NCBI GenBank assembly: GCA_963662465.1
Contig: OY759599.1
Coordinates: 2,432,001-2,496,000, forward strand
Length of the DNA stretch: 64,000 bases
Direction: 5' to 3'
From: Desulfatiglandales bacterium
GTDB lineage: Bacteria > Desulfobacterota > DSM-4660 > Desulfatiglandales > Desulfatiglandaceae
In this document: positions 21,052 through 31,858 of the stretch, one piece after another
Position numbering within the stretch: the first letter of the stretch is position 1
How the letters are laid out: each line of letters begins with the position of its first letter
Program-made: the position numbers and the translations under genes
The notes under the pieces: model-generated
What the model was told of the DNA's origin: nothing
What the model saw: the letters and a program-made list of their open reading frames with translations, nothing else
Databases searched by the model: none

Positions 21052-21779
21052 CTAACCCTGCTGATGAAACCGAAGTACCGGAAAAAGGCGCCCCCATGTG
21101 GGTGGTCACTTTCGGCGACTTGATGAGTCTCCTCCTCTGTTTTTTTGTTCTGTTGCTCTCATTTTCGAACATGGATGCCCAGAAGTACAAAGAAATGGCC
21201 GGCAGCATGGCAAAAGCCTTTGGCGTTCAGCGAAAGACAAAGGCATTTCAGATCCCCAAAGGTCAGAAAATCATTGCACGGGATTTCGAAAAAGCTCATA
21301 TTGCCAAACGGGAAAAAGAAGAATTCGGCAAGGAAGTGGAAAAGGCGATTGTTGAAGCCAAGCTGGGAGACATCAAAGATCTAATTCAGGTCATAATCAC
21401 TGAAAACGAGGTGGTGATCCGCATGATGGGCGAAACCACCTTTGATTCGGGAAAAGCGGAAATCCGCCCCCAAATGGCGCCGCTTCTGAAAATGATTGCC
21501 GCCGCACTGCAAACCACCAAGGGTCCAATCATCATATCCGGGCACACGGATAATGTGCCCGTTGGCGGTGGCCGGTTCAACTCAAACCTGGAGCTGTCCG
21601 CAGCCCGTGCGACCAGAGTTGCGCAAGAACTGCTGGAACAGGGAAATATAGACCCTCGAAGACTCTCAGTGGCCGGTTTCGGAGAACACCACCCCGTGGA
21701 ATCAAACGATTCTCAAGCCGGAAGAGAAAAAAACCGGCGGGTGGAAATCATACTGAAAGGGCTGGATCTTTCAAAATAA
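21048..21779 (+). CDS. motB: Flagellar stator B subunit (MotB/PomB family; PomB-like)
   Basis: WVVTFGDLMSLLLCFFVLL with the conserved Asp; OmpA-like GHTD, LSAARA and NRRVEI; ATGA overlap with motA. Confidence 0.95.
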   Translation: MTNPADETEVPEKGAPMWVVTFGDLMSLLLCFFVLLLSFSNMDAQKYKEMAGSMAKAFGVQRKTKAFQIPKGQKIIARDFEKAHIAKREKEEFGKEVEKAIVEAKLGDIKDLIQVIITENEVVIRMMGETTFDSGKAEIRPQMAPLLKMIAAALQTTKGPIIISGHTDNVPVGGGRFNSNLELSAARATRVAQELLEQGNIDPRRLSVAGFGEHHPVESNDSQAGREKNRRVEIILKGLDLSK

Positions 21780-21804
21780 CCCTCTCTCTGACAACCTCAA
21801 ACCC

Positions 21805-22863
21805 ATGCTTTTGAAAATGTTCAGATTCTCTCTCAATGGCCACCCTGCCCCGTTTCACAAAAATACGGTCTTGGCATTGATTTTAGCGGTCATCCTTTTA
21901 TGTGGTTCAGGAGATTTTTCCGAGACATTCGGCATCGACGTTTACCACTTCCTGGTAGAATACGAAAATGGAAGAATTGTTGAAAAGATTATTTCGGAAT
22001 CGCCCGTAGCGTACCAAAATTATCATGAAGGTTATGTCGCTAGAACAAGATTGCTCGAAAGAAGACAATATTCCGTGGATGGATTCATTCAAACCTTTGG
22101 TTATGAGGGTTATGAGCGTTTCATGGCCGGATATTTCGGATTCGGCCTCGAAGAACAAATCATCTTTAATAGGCAGACCCAAGGATTGGAAACCAATGCC
22201 ATGGCGTTGCCCCCTGCCGACGAAACGTCTGCCAAGCTTTTGGAAATATGGAAAGAATTAGAAAAAGAAAAGGAAGGCGTTTTTGATGCCGATCACGGTA
22301 AGACTTCTAAACCAAAAGCGGGAATCTCCGAGCAAAAGTCATCTCAGCCGCCCTTAAAAAAAACCACGCCCCAAATTGAGACTGAAAAAGTACCTGAAAT
22401 AGATGAAAAAAAAGTCATAACGTCTTCCCCTGGAAATGCGGAAAACGCGCCGCTCCAGGACAACGCTGAAAAAGCCATCAAAACAGATACCATTGATATA
22501 TACGTTTTCCTGGTACAGTACATAAACGGTGAAACCCTGGAAAAAACTTCCGGAATGACGCCTCGGCAATATGCAAACCATTATCGCGGATATGTCAGAA
22601 AAACCGCACTGCTTCAAAAAAAGACCTATACCGAAAACGAATTCAAGAAAGCCTTCGGCAAAAAGGGCCACAGCCTGTTGATCCAGGGTAATTTCGGCGT
22701 TAGCGATATTGAAATGGTCATGCAAAGCAGGATGGAACGAGGCATGCCGCCACACAAAAACATATTACCGGGAACGGGACCCGATGCCAAAAAGCTTGGG
22801 AAAAAGCTGGAACAACTTTTAGCACAAGATGAAGCGGAAAAAGCATCCCAAGCCTCCCCCTAA
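21805..22863 (+). CDS. Hypothetical exported protein with an internally duplicated ~110-aa domain
   Basis: Hydrophobic leader; IDVYHFLVEYENG..YHEGYV..LLERRQY..GYFG versus IDIYVFLVQYING..HYRGYV..LLQKKTY..GNFG, joined by a K/E/P-rich linker. Confidence 0.75.
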   Translation: MLLKMFRFSLNGHPAPFHKNTVLALILAVILLCGSGDFSETFGIDVYHFLVEYENGRIVEKIISESPVAYQNYHEGYVARTRLLERRQYSVDGFIQTFGYEGYERFMAGYFGFGLEEQIIFNRQTQGLETNAMALPPADETSAKLLEIWKELEKEKEGVFDADHGKTSKPKAGISEQKSSQPPLKKTTPQIETEKVPEIDEKKVITSSPGNAENAPLQDNAEKAIKTDTIDIYVFLVQYINGETLEKTSGMTPRQYANHYRGYVRKTALLQKKTYTENEFKKAFGKKGHSLLIQGNFGVSDIEMVMQSRMERGMPPHKNILPGTGPDAKKLGKKLEQLLAQDEAEKASQASP

Positions 22864-22877
22864 GGGGCCCTGATGTT

Positions 22878-24788
22878 CTAAGTGCCTGGATGGTCGAGGG
22901 TTTTCCGAATGGTTTGGGCCATCTCGACAGCCTTTACGGGTTTCATCATGAAAGCGCTGATACCGATTGCCATCGCTTCGCTTTCATCCACCAGATCGTT
23001 ATGCCCCGTAAACAGGATAATGGGCATATCCGGTCGAACCTTCAAAAGTGTTTCCGCCAGGATAAGCCCCGTCATTTTGGGCATACTCATATCCGTAATG
23101 ACCAGATCAAATTCGTCGGGATGAAGGCGAAACGCCGCCAAAGCCTCAATGGCGCCGGTTCTGCATTCAACTTCATAGCCAAGTCGTTTCAGTACCGATT
23201 TTCCCGCTTCCAGCACCATTTCATCATCGTCAACCAACAAAATTTTTTCTTCACCCCCCGGGAGGGAAACAAAGGGTTTCGATCCGGTCTTCTCAGTCCT
23301 CCGGGCCATGGGGAACCATAAGCTGAAGGTAGTTCCTTTTCCCGGCTCGCTATGGACTTCCACTGCGCCGCCGTGATTTTTGACGGCGCCGTGAACCACC
23401 GCCAAACCCATTCCCGTTCCGTCGCCGGTATCTCGAGTCGTGAAAAACGGGTCAAAAATTCGTCTTATGAATTCAGGTTGTATCCCCTTCCCCGTATCGC
23501 CGACACTCAATTTAACATATTCTCCAGGAACTAAATCCTGAGGACCGGTTGTTTCGTATTCATCCAGAACAACATTGGTGATACTCACTTCCAAAATACC
23601 GCCTGTTTCTCTCATGGCATGAGCGGAATTGGTATAGAGATTCATCAGCACTTGATGCATCAGGGACGGCTCAAAAATGATATTTCCCGATCGCCGGGGA
23701 ATATTCTGACGAATTTCAATGGTCGTGGGAATCGAGACTCGCAGTAGTTTCAACGATTCTTTAACGATGGGAACGATCTCCAGCGGTTTGGGCTCATACT
23801 CATTCTGACGACTGAAATTGAGGATCTGCGTCACGAGATCCGTTGCCCTTGAACAAGCCTTTTCTACCCGTTGCAGGTTTTTCATGGCCGGATTTTCCGG
23901 TGAAAGGTAACTGGCAGTCAGTTCCGTATTCGCCGTAATAATCCAAAGGATATTATTGAACTCATGGGCAATGCCGCCCGCAAGGGTCCCCAGGGCCTCC
24001 ATCTTCTGCATATTCACCAAATTTTCAGCATCCTGCTTTTCTTTTGTAAAATCATGCATCAGACTGAAAATTTGCGTGATCCAACCCTCCTCATCAACAA
24101 TGGCGTCAATCCTTTGCCAAAGTGGAAAACCACGCCCTTTGACATCAACGCTATCCAGCACACCTTCCCAGCCTTTGCCGCTTTTCAGGACCGGCAAGAT
24201 CTTTTGCGCCAGGATTTCATGCGATTTTTTGGTTAAAAAATTCCCGTAGGGAAACTCCAGGACTTCCGCCGGGGACCACCCAAAAAGCCTCTCATAAGCA
24301 GGATTGACATAGATAACCCGACCATTGGGTTCCCAAATGACAATCGCTTCATTTGAAAAATCAGCCACCGCCTTAAAAAGCTGGAGATCCTTTTTTTTCT
24401 GAGCAACCTTCCGCCTGAGCGCCGCTTTCTCCAAACATGAAGACACGCTGAAATATAGGTTCTCCAGCTCCACGGGCTTAAACAGGTAATCATCCGCATT
24501 GAGCCTCAGCGCCTTGACCGTAAGGGCGATATCATTATGCCCCGTAAGCATAATGACCGGGGTGTCGGGGTTTGCCTTTTTTGAGACTTCCAGAACTTTT
24601 AATCCATCAACGGGCGCCATGATCAAATCCGTGAGTACCAAATCAAAGCGCGTTTTGACCAGGGCATCAATAGCATCGTTACCACTACCAGCCGTTTCCA
24701 CACGATACCCCAATTTTTCCAGAGCGCGGCTGATCAATCGGAGGATTGCATCATCATCATCCACCAACAATATTTCATAAGTTTTCAC
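22878..24788 (-). CDS. Cytoplasmic hybrid kinase REC-PAS-HisKA-HATPase-REC
   Basis: ILLVDDD; LAGGIAHEFNNIL; NLYTNS; DTGKGI; PFFTT..GTGMGL; C-terminal receiver. GTG at 24788 chosen. Confidence 0.93.
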   Translation of the reverse strand: MKTYEILLVDDDDAILRLISRALEKLGYRVETAGSGNDAIDALVKTRFDLVLTDLIMAPVDGLKVLEVSKKANPDTPVIMLTGHNDIALTVKALRLNADDYLFKPVELENLYFSVSSCLEKAALRRKVAQKKKDLQLFKAVADFSNEAIVIWEPNGRVIYVNPAYERLFGWSPAEVLEFPYGNFLTKKSHEILAQKILPVLKSGKGWEGVLDSVDVKGRGFPLWQRIDAIVDEEGWITQIFSLMHDFTKEKQDAENLVNMQKMEALGTLAGGIAHEFNNILWIITANTELTASYLSPENPAMKNLQRVEKACSRATDLVTQILNFSRQNEYEPKPLEIVPIVKESLKLLRVSIPTTIEIRQNIPRRSGNIIFEPSLMHQVLMNLYTNSAHAMRETGGILEVSITNVVLDEYETTGPQDLVPGEYVKLSVGDTGKGIQPEFIRRIFDPFFTTRDTGDGTGMGLAVVHGAVKNHGGAVEVHSEPGKGTTFSLWFPMARRTEKTGSKPFVSLPGGEEKILLVDDDEMVLEAGKSVLKRLGYEVECRTGAIEALAAFRLHPDEFDLVITDMSMPKMTGLILAETLLKVRPDMPIILFTGHNDLVDESEAMAIGISAFMMKPVKAVEMAQTIRKTLDHPGT

Positions 24789-24983
24789 GACATTTTTTCT
24801 CCAATCAAGAAACACCAACTCAGTTCATTCATTCGGAATATCAAAGGGATGAAAGACCCTTGCATAAACGTAATACGTTCACGATCTTCCTTTTTTTTGC
24901 CACTTTCTATGGTATTAGACTATTTTTAGAAAAATGTCAAAAGCATAGAAGTGTTCCTTAAAAGCCTGTATTCATTTTATTGC

Positions 24984-25013
24984 TTGACACTCAAAGCCCA
25001 TTTTGCCTAAAGT
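24984..25013 (+). promoter_or_regulatory. Possible sigma-70 promoter
   Basis: TTGACA-18 nt-TAAAGT upstream of CDS 25041; a divergent TTGACA lies on the minus strand at 24935-24940. Confidence 0.4.
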
Positions 25014-25040
25014 TTTTTTAAAATATCAACGAGAGGCGTT

Positions 25041-26117
25041 ATGATTAAAGTAAAATGTCCCGGTTGCGGGACTGGCTATAAAATTCCTAAAGAACGGCTG
25101 ACCCTGGGCAAAAGTGTCGCTTTTTCCTGCCCAAAATGCGGGCGACGCATTGTTTTAAATTTGAAATCCCGACCCACCGTCGGCAACCCGCCTGCCGCCC
25201 AAACTGAAAACTCACTCCGGGCACAAGAACATCCCCCTGACTCGACCGCAACCCATGAGGCAACGTCACGGGATGCTCAGCAACTGAGAGATCGAATCAA
25301 ACGTTCCCTTAAGGACATTCCGTTTATGCCCCAAGCCGTGATTAAAGCGCAGAAAGCCATGGCTGATCCCAAAACCGGCGGAGAAGAACTGGCCCGAATT
25401 CTCAAAACAGACCAGGCCATCGTCTCCAGTATACTGAGAACCGCCAATTCAGCCTATTTCGGCATGAGCGGAAAAGTCTCTTCCATAGAAAAAGCATGCA
25501 TCATTCTCGGTCAACAGAACATAAGAGAACTCATCATGATGACCGGCGCCTCCAATCTGCTGGGAAAAACCATGAAGGGGTACGGTTTTAAATCCGGTGA
25601 ATTATGGATGCATTCCCTGGCTGCGAGCATTGGCGCCAAGATGATTGCCAACAAGAGAAATCCTGATTTGGCAAATAATGCCTATTTGAGCGGGCTGCTG
25701 CACGATGTGGGAAAGATCATACTGGACCCATATATCCTGGAAAGGAAGGCGGCATTTGATGAATTCTTGAAAAATGAGGACCATACAATCCTTGAGGCTG
25801 AAAAGCATATTCTGGGTTTTGACCATGCGGAAATCGCCTTTGAGATATGCAACAAATGGAACATCCCCGAGGAAGTCGCCATTGCCATAAAAAATCACCA
25901 CAGCCCGTCAGGCTCCAAAAATCACGAGCTTTCTTACATTGTTCATACAGGTGATTATCTGGCCAGATTGTGCGGTCTCGGATATGAAAGTGATGACATC
26001 CTGTATCAAATGGAAATGGGGACCGCCGAATTTCTTGGCCTCAACCAGGAAATTCTCGGCAATATGATGTTGCAGGTTCTTGAAGCAGTTCAGCAAATTG
26101 GTCGTTCCTTAAAATAA
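25041..26117 (+). CDS. Zinc-ribbon + HDOD domain protein
   Basis: CPGC...CPKC at the N-terminus; ILRTANSAYFG, LWMHSL, LLHDVGK and GFDHAEI. Confidence 0.9.
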   Translation: MIKVKCPGCGTGYKIPKERLTLGKSVAFSCPKCGRRIVLNLKSRPTVGNPPAAQTENSLRAQEHPPDSTATHEATSRDAQQLRDRIKRSLKDIPFMPQAVIKAQKAMADPKTGGEELARILKTDQAIVSSILRTANSAYFGMSGKVSSIEKACIILGQQNIRELIMMTGASNLLGKTMKGYGFKSGELWMHSLAASIGAKMIANKRNPDLANNAYLSGLLHDVGKIILDPYILERKAAFDEFLKNEDHTILEAEKHILGFDHAEIAFEICNKWNIPEEVAIAIKNHHSPSGSKNHELSYIVHTGDYLARLCGLGYESDDILYQMEMGTAEFLGLNQEILGNMMLQVLEAVQQIGRSLK

Positions 26118-26201
26118 CGATTTTTTATTCTCTACCCCATTGAAAGAGACCGTCTTTTAGGTCATCCGGGAATTGCAACTAAAATCAACTTGGATCAAAT
26201 T

Positions 26202-26585
26202 ATGCCTGAAAACAAAATCTGGGTGTTGTTGGTTGAAGACAATAAATTAATACGAAAATTGAAGGGCAAACAGCTACATAAAGCGGGGTTTCAAATGCTG
26301 CTCGCCGAAGATGGCGAAAAGGCAATGACCCTTCTGGAGTGCTGCACTCCGGACTGCATATTGCTGGACATCTTGATGCCGAAAATGCACGGGCACGCTT
26401 TTTTAGAAGGATTGCGCAAAAAGAACAAATATGTTCCGGTGATTATTTTCAGCGGCATTCATAAAGACCCCAAGCTCGTTGCAACCATGAAAGGCCTGGG
26501 AATTCAGGGATGGATCTCCAAGCAAACCCCTGACATGGAAATTGCGGAACACATCAAAAACGCAGTTGGGGCCAAAGAGCCGTAG
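26202..26585 (+). CDS. Single-domain response regulator
   Basis: VLLVEDN, LLDILMP, PVIIFS and K; receiver domain only. Confidence 0.88.
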   Translation: MPENKIWVLLVEDNKLIRKLKGKQLHKAGFQMLLAEDGEKAMTLLECCTPDCILLDILMPKMHGHAFLEGLRKKNKYVPVIIFSGIHKDPKLVATMKGLGIQGWISKQTPDMEIAEHIKNAVGAKEP

Positions 26586-26643
26586 GCGAATTTTTCCGAG
26601 ATTTTGACCACCGTGACATGACGCAAGGGAGACACCCTGCAAA

Positions 26644-27678
26644 ATGAATCAAAATCATTTATTTCAGATTGGGGCGCACCAGGCCGTGCTAAAAAATGAA
26701 GAAACGCTCTTCTATCCGGATGGTTCAAAATACGCGGGCAACCTGGAAAATGGCCGAAGACATGGACAGGGGATACTGTTCTATCCTGACGGCGCAATGG
26801 AATATCAGGGGGGTTGGGAAAACGATCTTCCTCACGGACAGGGAACCTTTGCCGATTCCGGAGGAACGGAATATGCGGGTGATTGGGAAATAGGCAAGCC
26901 GGAGGGACAGGGAACCCTTCGCTTTGCCAATGGCGCACAATATGCCGGAGAATGGAAAACCGGAAAATTTCACGGACAGGGCGTTTATCGGTCATCCGAC
27001 GGTGCCATTGTGTACAAAGGCCAATGGAAAGAAGGAAAAAAACACGGCCGGGGCGCCTACACCCGCAGCCATGGAACCTATATGGGGGAATGGAAAGAGG
27101 GTCGTTTTCATGGCCGGGGGGTACTCTCCTATTCCGACGGATCCTTGAAATATGAGGGCCAATGGCGGGATAACCTCCCCCACGGAAAGGGAATACTCAC
27201 CTACCCGGGCGATGTAACCTATGAAGGAGAATGGAAAGCGGGCATCCCTGACGGAAATGGCGCCATGGATTTTCCAGCCGGGACCTATGTGGGAGAATGG
27301 AAAGGCGGAAAATTTCACGGACAGGGGACCTATCGATCATCTCAAAATTCAATGATCTATAAAGGGGAATGGAAGGAGAATGTCCCCCATGGGCAGGGAA
27401 GCCTCACCTATCCGGACGGTACAAAATATGTCGGCCAATGGCGGCGGGACAAAATTAACGGACACGGGACCATCACCTTTCCCGATGGTGAACGATATAC
27501 CGGAGAATGGAAAAACGGGCAAAGACACGGTCAAGGCGTTTATGCCTTCCCTGACGGCGAAAAATACAGTGGCGAATGGAAAGACGATAAGCGCCATGGC
27601 AAGGGAATCTTCACCCACTCCGACGGGACAACCGATAAAGGAGAATGGCGGGATGGAGATTTTTTGAAAGCCTTTTGA
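26644..27678 (+). CDS. MORN-repeat protein (~14 repeats)
   Basis: Repeated YxGxWkxGxxHGxGxxxYxDG units across the whole ORF; no signal peptide. Confidence 0.95.
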   Translation: MNQNHLFQIGAHQAVLKNEETLFYPDGSKYAGNLENGRRHGQGILFYPDGAMEYQGGWENDLPHGQGTFADSGGTEYAGDWEIGKPEGQGTLRFANGAQYAGEWKTGKFHGQGVYRSSDGAIVYKGQWKEGKKHGRGAYTRSHGTYMGEWKEGRFHGRGVLSYSDGSLKYEGQWRDNLPHGKGILTYPGDVTYEGEWKAGIPDGNGAMDFPAGTYVGEWKGGKFHGQGTYRSSQNSMIYKGEWKENVPHGQGSLTYPDGTKYVGQWRRDKINGHGTITFPDGERYTGEWKNGQRHGQGVYAFPDGEKYSGEWKDDKRHGKGIFTHSDGTTDKGEWRDGDFLKAF

Positions 27679-27686
27679 AAATTATA

Positions 27687-29420
27687 TCAAAGGATATCGT
27701 CCACCGTTTCATCCTTCACGCCTCCGCTTCCCTCCACCAGAACCAGCAGTTCGTTCACAAAGGTTTTCATCTCTCGGGCCTGGGCATTCATCTCCCCGGC
27801 AGCGGCGGCGGACTGTTCGGCATGGGCCGCGTTTTGCTGAACCACTTTATCCATTTCACTGACCGCCCTGTTCACCTGATCGATGCCCTGCGCCTGTTCA
27901 GTGGAAGCGGAGGCGATCTCATCCACCAGTTGGTCCACCCGCCCCGTAATCGTGATATTTTCCTGAAAGGCCTCCCTGGTCGCCAGGGTTAAATCCTTTC
28001 CGACCTTGACGGCATTGGTGGTATCCCCAATCAGCACAGCGGTGTTCCTGGCGGATTCCGTGGCCCGCATGGCCAAGTTTCGGACTTCGTCGGCCACCAC
28101 GGCAAATCCCGCGCCCGCCTCCCCGGCCCTGGCCGCCTCGACTGCCGCGTTTAAGGCCAAAAGATTTGTCTGAAATGCAATCTCATCGATGGTCTTGATG
28201 ATTTTCCCGGTCTCTTCACTGGACCGGGTGATGTTTAAAATGGCCCCGTCCATGTCTGCCATGTGTTTTTCGACCCTGTTGACCACATCCTTCGCCTCCC
28301 CCATCATGATCTTGGCCTGGTTGGCGTTTGTTGCATTGTTTTGGGTCATGGCAGACATCTCTTCCAGGGAGGATGAGGTTTCCTCAAGGGAAGCCGCCTG
28401 CTCGGATGCTCCCTCGGCAAGGGAATGGCTGGCCGCGGCAACCTGCTCCGTGGCATGGGAAACCTGTTCGGCCCCTGAATTAATACCGTCGATCACGGCG
28501 TTGATTTTGCCGACAATCTTCCTAATAGAGATAACCGCGTAAAAAGAACCGAACAAAAGAGCGCCCAGGATGAATCCGAAGATCATCCGAAGTGAAAATC
28601 GGGACTGCGCTTTAAGGTTTTGAACGCTCATTTGACCCAATTCGCCGCATACCCCGTTGAGGTTATTCTTGTAAACGTTCATGCGGTCGGCATAATTGCG
28701 CTGATTCATCACCTGGTCTTTGAATTCTTGCAGCTTCGACTGGAAATACTGACGCTGGGCTTCAATCTCCTCGGCGACTGGTCTCAATTTATCGCTGGAT
28801 TCCACCTTTCCCTTCCACACCTTAAGGCTCTCGTTAAGGTTGCTGAGATTTTTCTCAACACTATCCCAGTTTTCATCCGTGCTTTTGTTCGTATAGGCGT
28901 TCACGAGGCCCCTCAAGAGCTTCAAGTTGAGGATCAATTCATCGATCCACAAACTTCCGGCTTCAATCTTTTTAAGCAAAGGTTCGTATAGGGAGTCGAT
29001 CTCCAAGGCCAATTGATGCTTCGTTTTTTCCGATTGCGCGTATTCCGCCATATTTTTTTTATACCGGCGCAAATCCTCTTCGGACCGGTCAAGTTTTTGC
29101 TTTCCCTCGGCATCAACGATCGAATGCTGTTTAATTTTCCCGACCATCTCCATGGCATGATCCAGTTGGACAACGGCCCCCGTAAAGCCCTGTTCAGCCT
29201 CCTCCTTCATGCCGCTGTACAACGCCAGGAGGTATTGATCCGTATCCCCTTTAATAGATGCCACGATACGCTGAAATTCGTTGATGTCACTATAGAACGC
29301 CGTTACCTTGGAAACCCGGTCGAGCCCTAAATATCCCGCCATTCCCACCACCACCATCAATGCCAGCATAATTGCAATGCCCAATGCAATCCTTTTTCCA
29401 AGCGTCATTGTCAGCGACAT
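27687..29420 (-). CDS. Methyl-accepting chemotaxis protein
   Basis: Two TM segments, a helical periplasmic domain, and [37 protein letters not shown]. Confidence 0.96.
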   Translation of the reverse strand: MSLTMTLGKRIALGIAIMLALMVVVGMAGYLGLDRVSKVTAFYSDINEFQRIVASIKGDTDQYLLALYSGMKEEAEQGFTGAVVQLDHAMEMVGKIKQHSIVDAEGKQKLDRSEEDLRRYKKNMAEYAQSEKTKHQLALEIDSLYEPLLKKIEAGSLWIDELILNLKLLRGLVNAYTNKSTDENWDSVEKNLSNLNESLKVWKGKVESSDKLRPVAEEIEAQRQYFQSKLQEFKDQVMNQRNYADRMNVYKNNLNGVCGELGQMSVQNLKAQSRFSLRMIFGFILGALLFGSFYAVISIRKIVGKINAVIDGINSGAEQVSHATEQVAAASHSLAEGASEQAASLEETSSSLEEMSAMTQNNATNANQAKIMMGEAKDVVNRVEKHMADMDGAILNITRSSEETGKIIKTIDEIAFQTNLLALNAAVEAARAGEAGAGFAVVADEVRNLAMRATESARNTAVLIGDTTNAVKVGKDLTLATREAFQENITITGRVDQLVDEIASASTEQAQGIDQVNRAVSEMDKVVQQNAAHAEQSAAAAGEMNAQAREMKTFVNELLVLVEGSGGVKDETVDDIL

Positions 29421-29654
29421 GCTTTTTTCCTCCCCGTATTGTAGGATTCTAAACGGATATCATTCCCTCAGCATTAACATCGACATAATCCTGGAAAACT
29501 GAAGTTAAATCGTGGATAATCCAGGCCCTGACATTTGCAGACCCGGAGTCAAACCGGGAAATACCGTTCCAGCTAAAACGCCTAAGGGCCAAGGACGCCG
29601 AATTTTTTACCACTTTCATTTAAGAATCGCTACACTTAAATGTGGTTGAGCTTC

Positions 29655-31175
29655 ATGATAATAGAGAAATCAGAAAATACCGGGAATACGGAAAAGAAAA
29701 CCAGAATCATCGTCATGAGCGGCATCCTGTTATGCGCAGTCCTCATGACATTCTGGTTTCACGGCGTTTTGGAGAGCGATACGGTCTTTACCCACCTCTT
29801 CTATATCCCCATTATCATGGCGTCCATCTGGTGGCAGCGAAAAGGCCTGCTTGTGGCCTTGTTTCTAGCGGCAATCCTGATAATAAGCCACATTGAGAAC
29901 AAGCTGTTTGTTGTTGCCTACAATGACTATCTCAGGGCAGCGGGGTTTATTCTGATCGCCGTTGTGGTTGCCGGTCTGAGCGAAAAAATTTCCAGGTCGG
30001 AGGCAGCGTTGCGAAAGAGCGAGGAAAAATATCGCACCCTTTTTGAAAACGCTCAGGTGGGAATCGTCAGGACGACAATCGAAGATGGCAGGGTTCTGGA
30101 AGCAAACCGCAGAGAAGCTGAAATCGTCGGATATGACAGCACGGAACACCTGAAGGGGCAGTTCATTTTTTCCAAACAATACGCGGACAAGGGTGAGCGT
30201 GAGGCCATGTTGTCCGAGATCTTGCGTACGGGAAAAATCGACAATTTCGAAACCCGCCTCATTCGTAAAGACGGAGAAATCATCTGGTTACGCTACTCAG
30301 CCCGGGCCTATCCGGAAAAAGGTCATATCGAAGGGATTATGGCGGACATTACAGCGGAAAAGGCGGCAATGGATGCGCTGCTTGAAAGTGAAAAAGCGCT
30401 GAGGAATAAGAACCTTGAACTGCTTCTGGAAGGAAGGAAAAGGCGATATTTATCAGAAAAGCTCATCAATTTGCTCGAAAGGGATCGAAAACGGATCTCG
30501 ATGGACCTTCACGACCAGGTGGGCCAGGACCTCACAACCCTCAAGATGGATCTGGAGATGCTGCTAAGCAAACTCGGCCCCAATGAAAAGGCGTGGGGCG
30601 GCAAGATAAATGCCATGCGGAACAAGGCCGTGAAGGCCATCAGGGATATCAAGGAAATTTCCTCGGGCCTCAGACCCAGCGTCCTTGACCATCTGGGTCT
30701 TGTGCCCGCCTTAAAGGAACTGTGCGACACCATGAATGAACAAGCCGATGTTCATATTGATTTCTTTTGCCCTTCCAAGACTTGCGATCTCGATTCCGCA
30801 ATAGAGGTTGCCATATACCGCATCGTTCAAGAGGGCCTCACCAACATGGTGAAACATTCCAGAGCCCGAAAAGGGTTTGTGACGCTTATCAGAAAAGGGG
30901 AAATGATTACGCTCAGTGTCGAAGACGACGGCATCGGTTTTCCAAAACAGGATAACGATAAATCTAACACATTCGGCAAAGGAATGGGACTTCTGATCAT
31001 GGAAGAGAGGGCAGTACATCTGGGAGGGAGTTTTCATGTGGATTCCAGTGAGGGGGGCGGTACGACCTTATTGGCGGAGATCCCCATAAAAAGAGATGCC
31101 CCATTGGGGCGAGAGGTTGGTTATAGTGGACAAAAAGAGAGTTTTTATCCTCGACGATCACCGGGTGGTCATTGA
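29655..31175 (+). CDS. Membrane-PAS sensor histidine kinase, HisKA_3 (NarX/UhpB type)
   Basis: Four TM segments with THLFYIPI; PAS; ERDRKRISMDLHDQVGQ, LRPSVLDHLGL, QEGLTNMVKHS, DDGIGF and GMGL. Confidence 0.93.
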   Translation: MIIEKSENTGNTEKKTRIIVMSGILLCAVLMTFWFHGVLESDTVFTHLFYIPIIMASIWWQRKGLLVALFLAAILIISHIENKLFVVAYNDYLRAAGFILIAVVVAGLSEKISRSEAALRKSEEKYRTLFENAQVGIVRTTIEDGRVLEANRREAEIVGYDSTEHLKGQFIFSKQYADKGEREAMLSEILRTGKIDNFETRLIRKDGEIIWLRYSARAYPEKGHIEGIMADITAEKAAMDALLESEKALRNKNLELLLEGRKRRYLSEKLINLLERDRKRISMDLHDQVGQDLTTLKMDLEMLLSKLGPNEKAWGGKINAMRNKAVKAIRDIKEISSGLRPSVLDHLGLVPALKELCDTMNEQADVHIDFFCPSKTCDLDSAIEVAIYRIVQEGLTNMVKHSRARKGFVTLIRKGEMITLSVEDDGIGFPKQDNDKSNTFGKGMGLLIMEERAVHLGGSFHVDSSEGGGTTLLAEIPIKRDAPLGREVGYSGQKESFYPRRSPGGH

Positions 31176-31773
31176 AGGGATCATCAGCGCACTCAAAGAT
31201 GAGAAAGGGATTGAAATCGTAGGAGAAGCCATCGATGCGGTTCAAGGCATAGCGGAGATTGAATCCCTGAAACCCCATATGGTAATCCTTGACATTGCCA
31301 TGCCGCAACTGAACGGCATTGACGCGACACTGAAAATAAAGGAAATAGACCCGCAAATCATCATCATCATCTTTACCATGTATTCCAACAAAGAATATGT
31401 TCTTGACCTTTTTAAGGCAGGGGTCTCCGCCTATGTCCTGAAAGAAGACCCCATACAAAACCTGATATCGGCGATCCATGCGGTGAAGAAAGGAGGAACC
31501 TATTTCAGCGAAAAGGTCCGGGAAGTTTTCTTAAACCACATCCGGGAACTGGAAAACGGCGGGAGCGGTGAGGTGAAAATTGAAAGGCTGAGCAACAGGG
31601 AACGGGAGGTCTTTCTCTTCCTGGCCGAAGGGCAATCCCTTCGGCAGATTGGCGACCGATTGAATATCAGTCCCAAAACCGTAGAGACACACAAATACAA
31701 CTTGATGGAAAAACTGAAGGTGAAAAACGTCGTTGAACTGACCAAAATCGCCATCCGGAAAAACCTTATTTGA
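31126..31773 (+). CDS. NarL/LuxR-family response regulator
   Basis: ILDDH, LDIAMP and LSNREREV..LNISPKTVETHKYNLMEKL. GTG at 31126 follows GAGG. Confidence 0.95.
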   Translation: MDKKRVFILDDHRVVIEGIISALKDEKGIEIVGEAIDAVQGIAEIESLKPHMVILDIAMPQLNGIDATLKIKEIDPQIIIIIFTMYSNKEYVLDLFKAGVSAYVLKEDPIQNLISAIHAVKKGGTYFSEKVREVFLNHIRELENGGSGEVKIERLSNREREVFLFLAEGQSLRQIGDRLNISPKTVETHKYNLMEKLKVKNVVELTKIAIRKNLI

Positions 31774-31858
31774 AGCTAAATGATCATCCGACCTTCCGGA
31801 ATTCAGGCAAAACCAAACATATCTTCATCCAGATTTGAAAAAGATTGTACGCCATCCC

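Noticed and set aside
29477..29503. sigma-28-like promoter for MCP 29420 (TTCAG-N14-GTCGATGT, minus strand)
   Set aside because: Several mismatches in both boxes; suggestive only.
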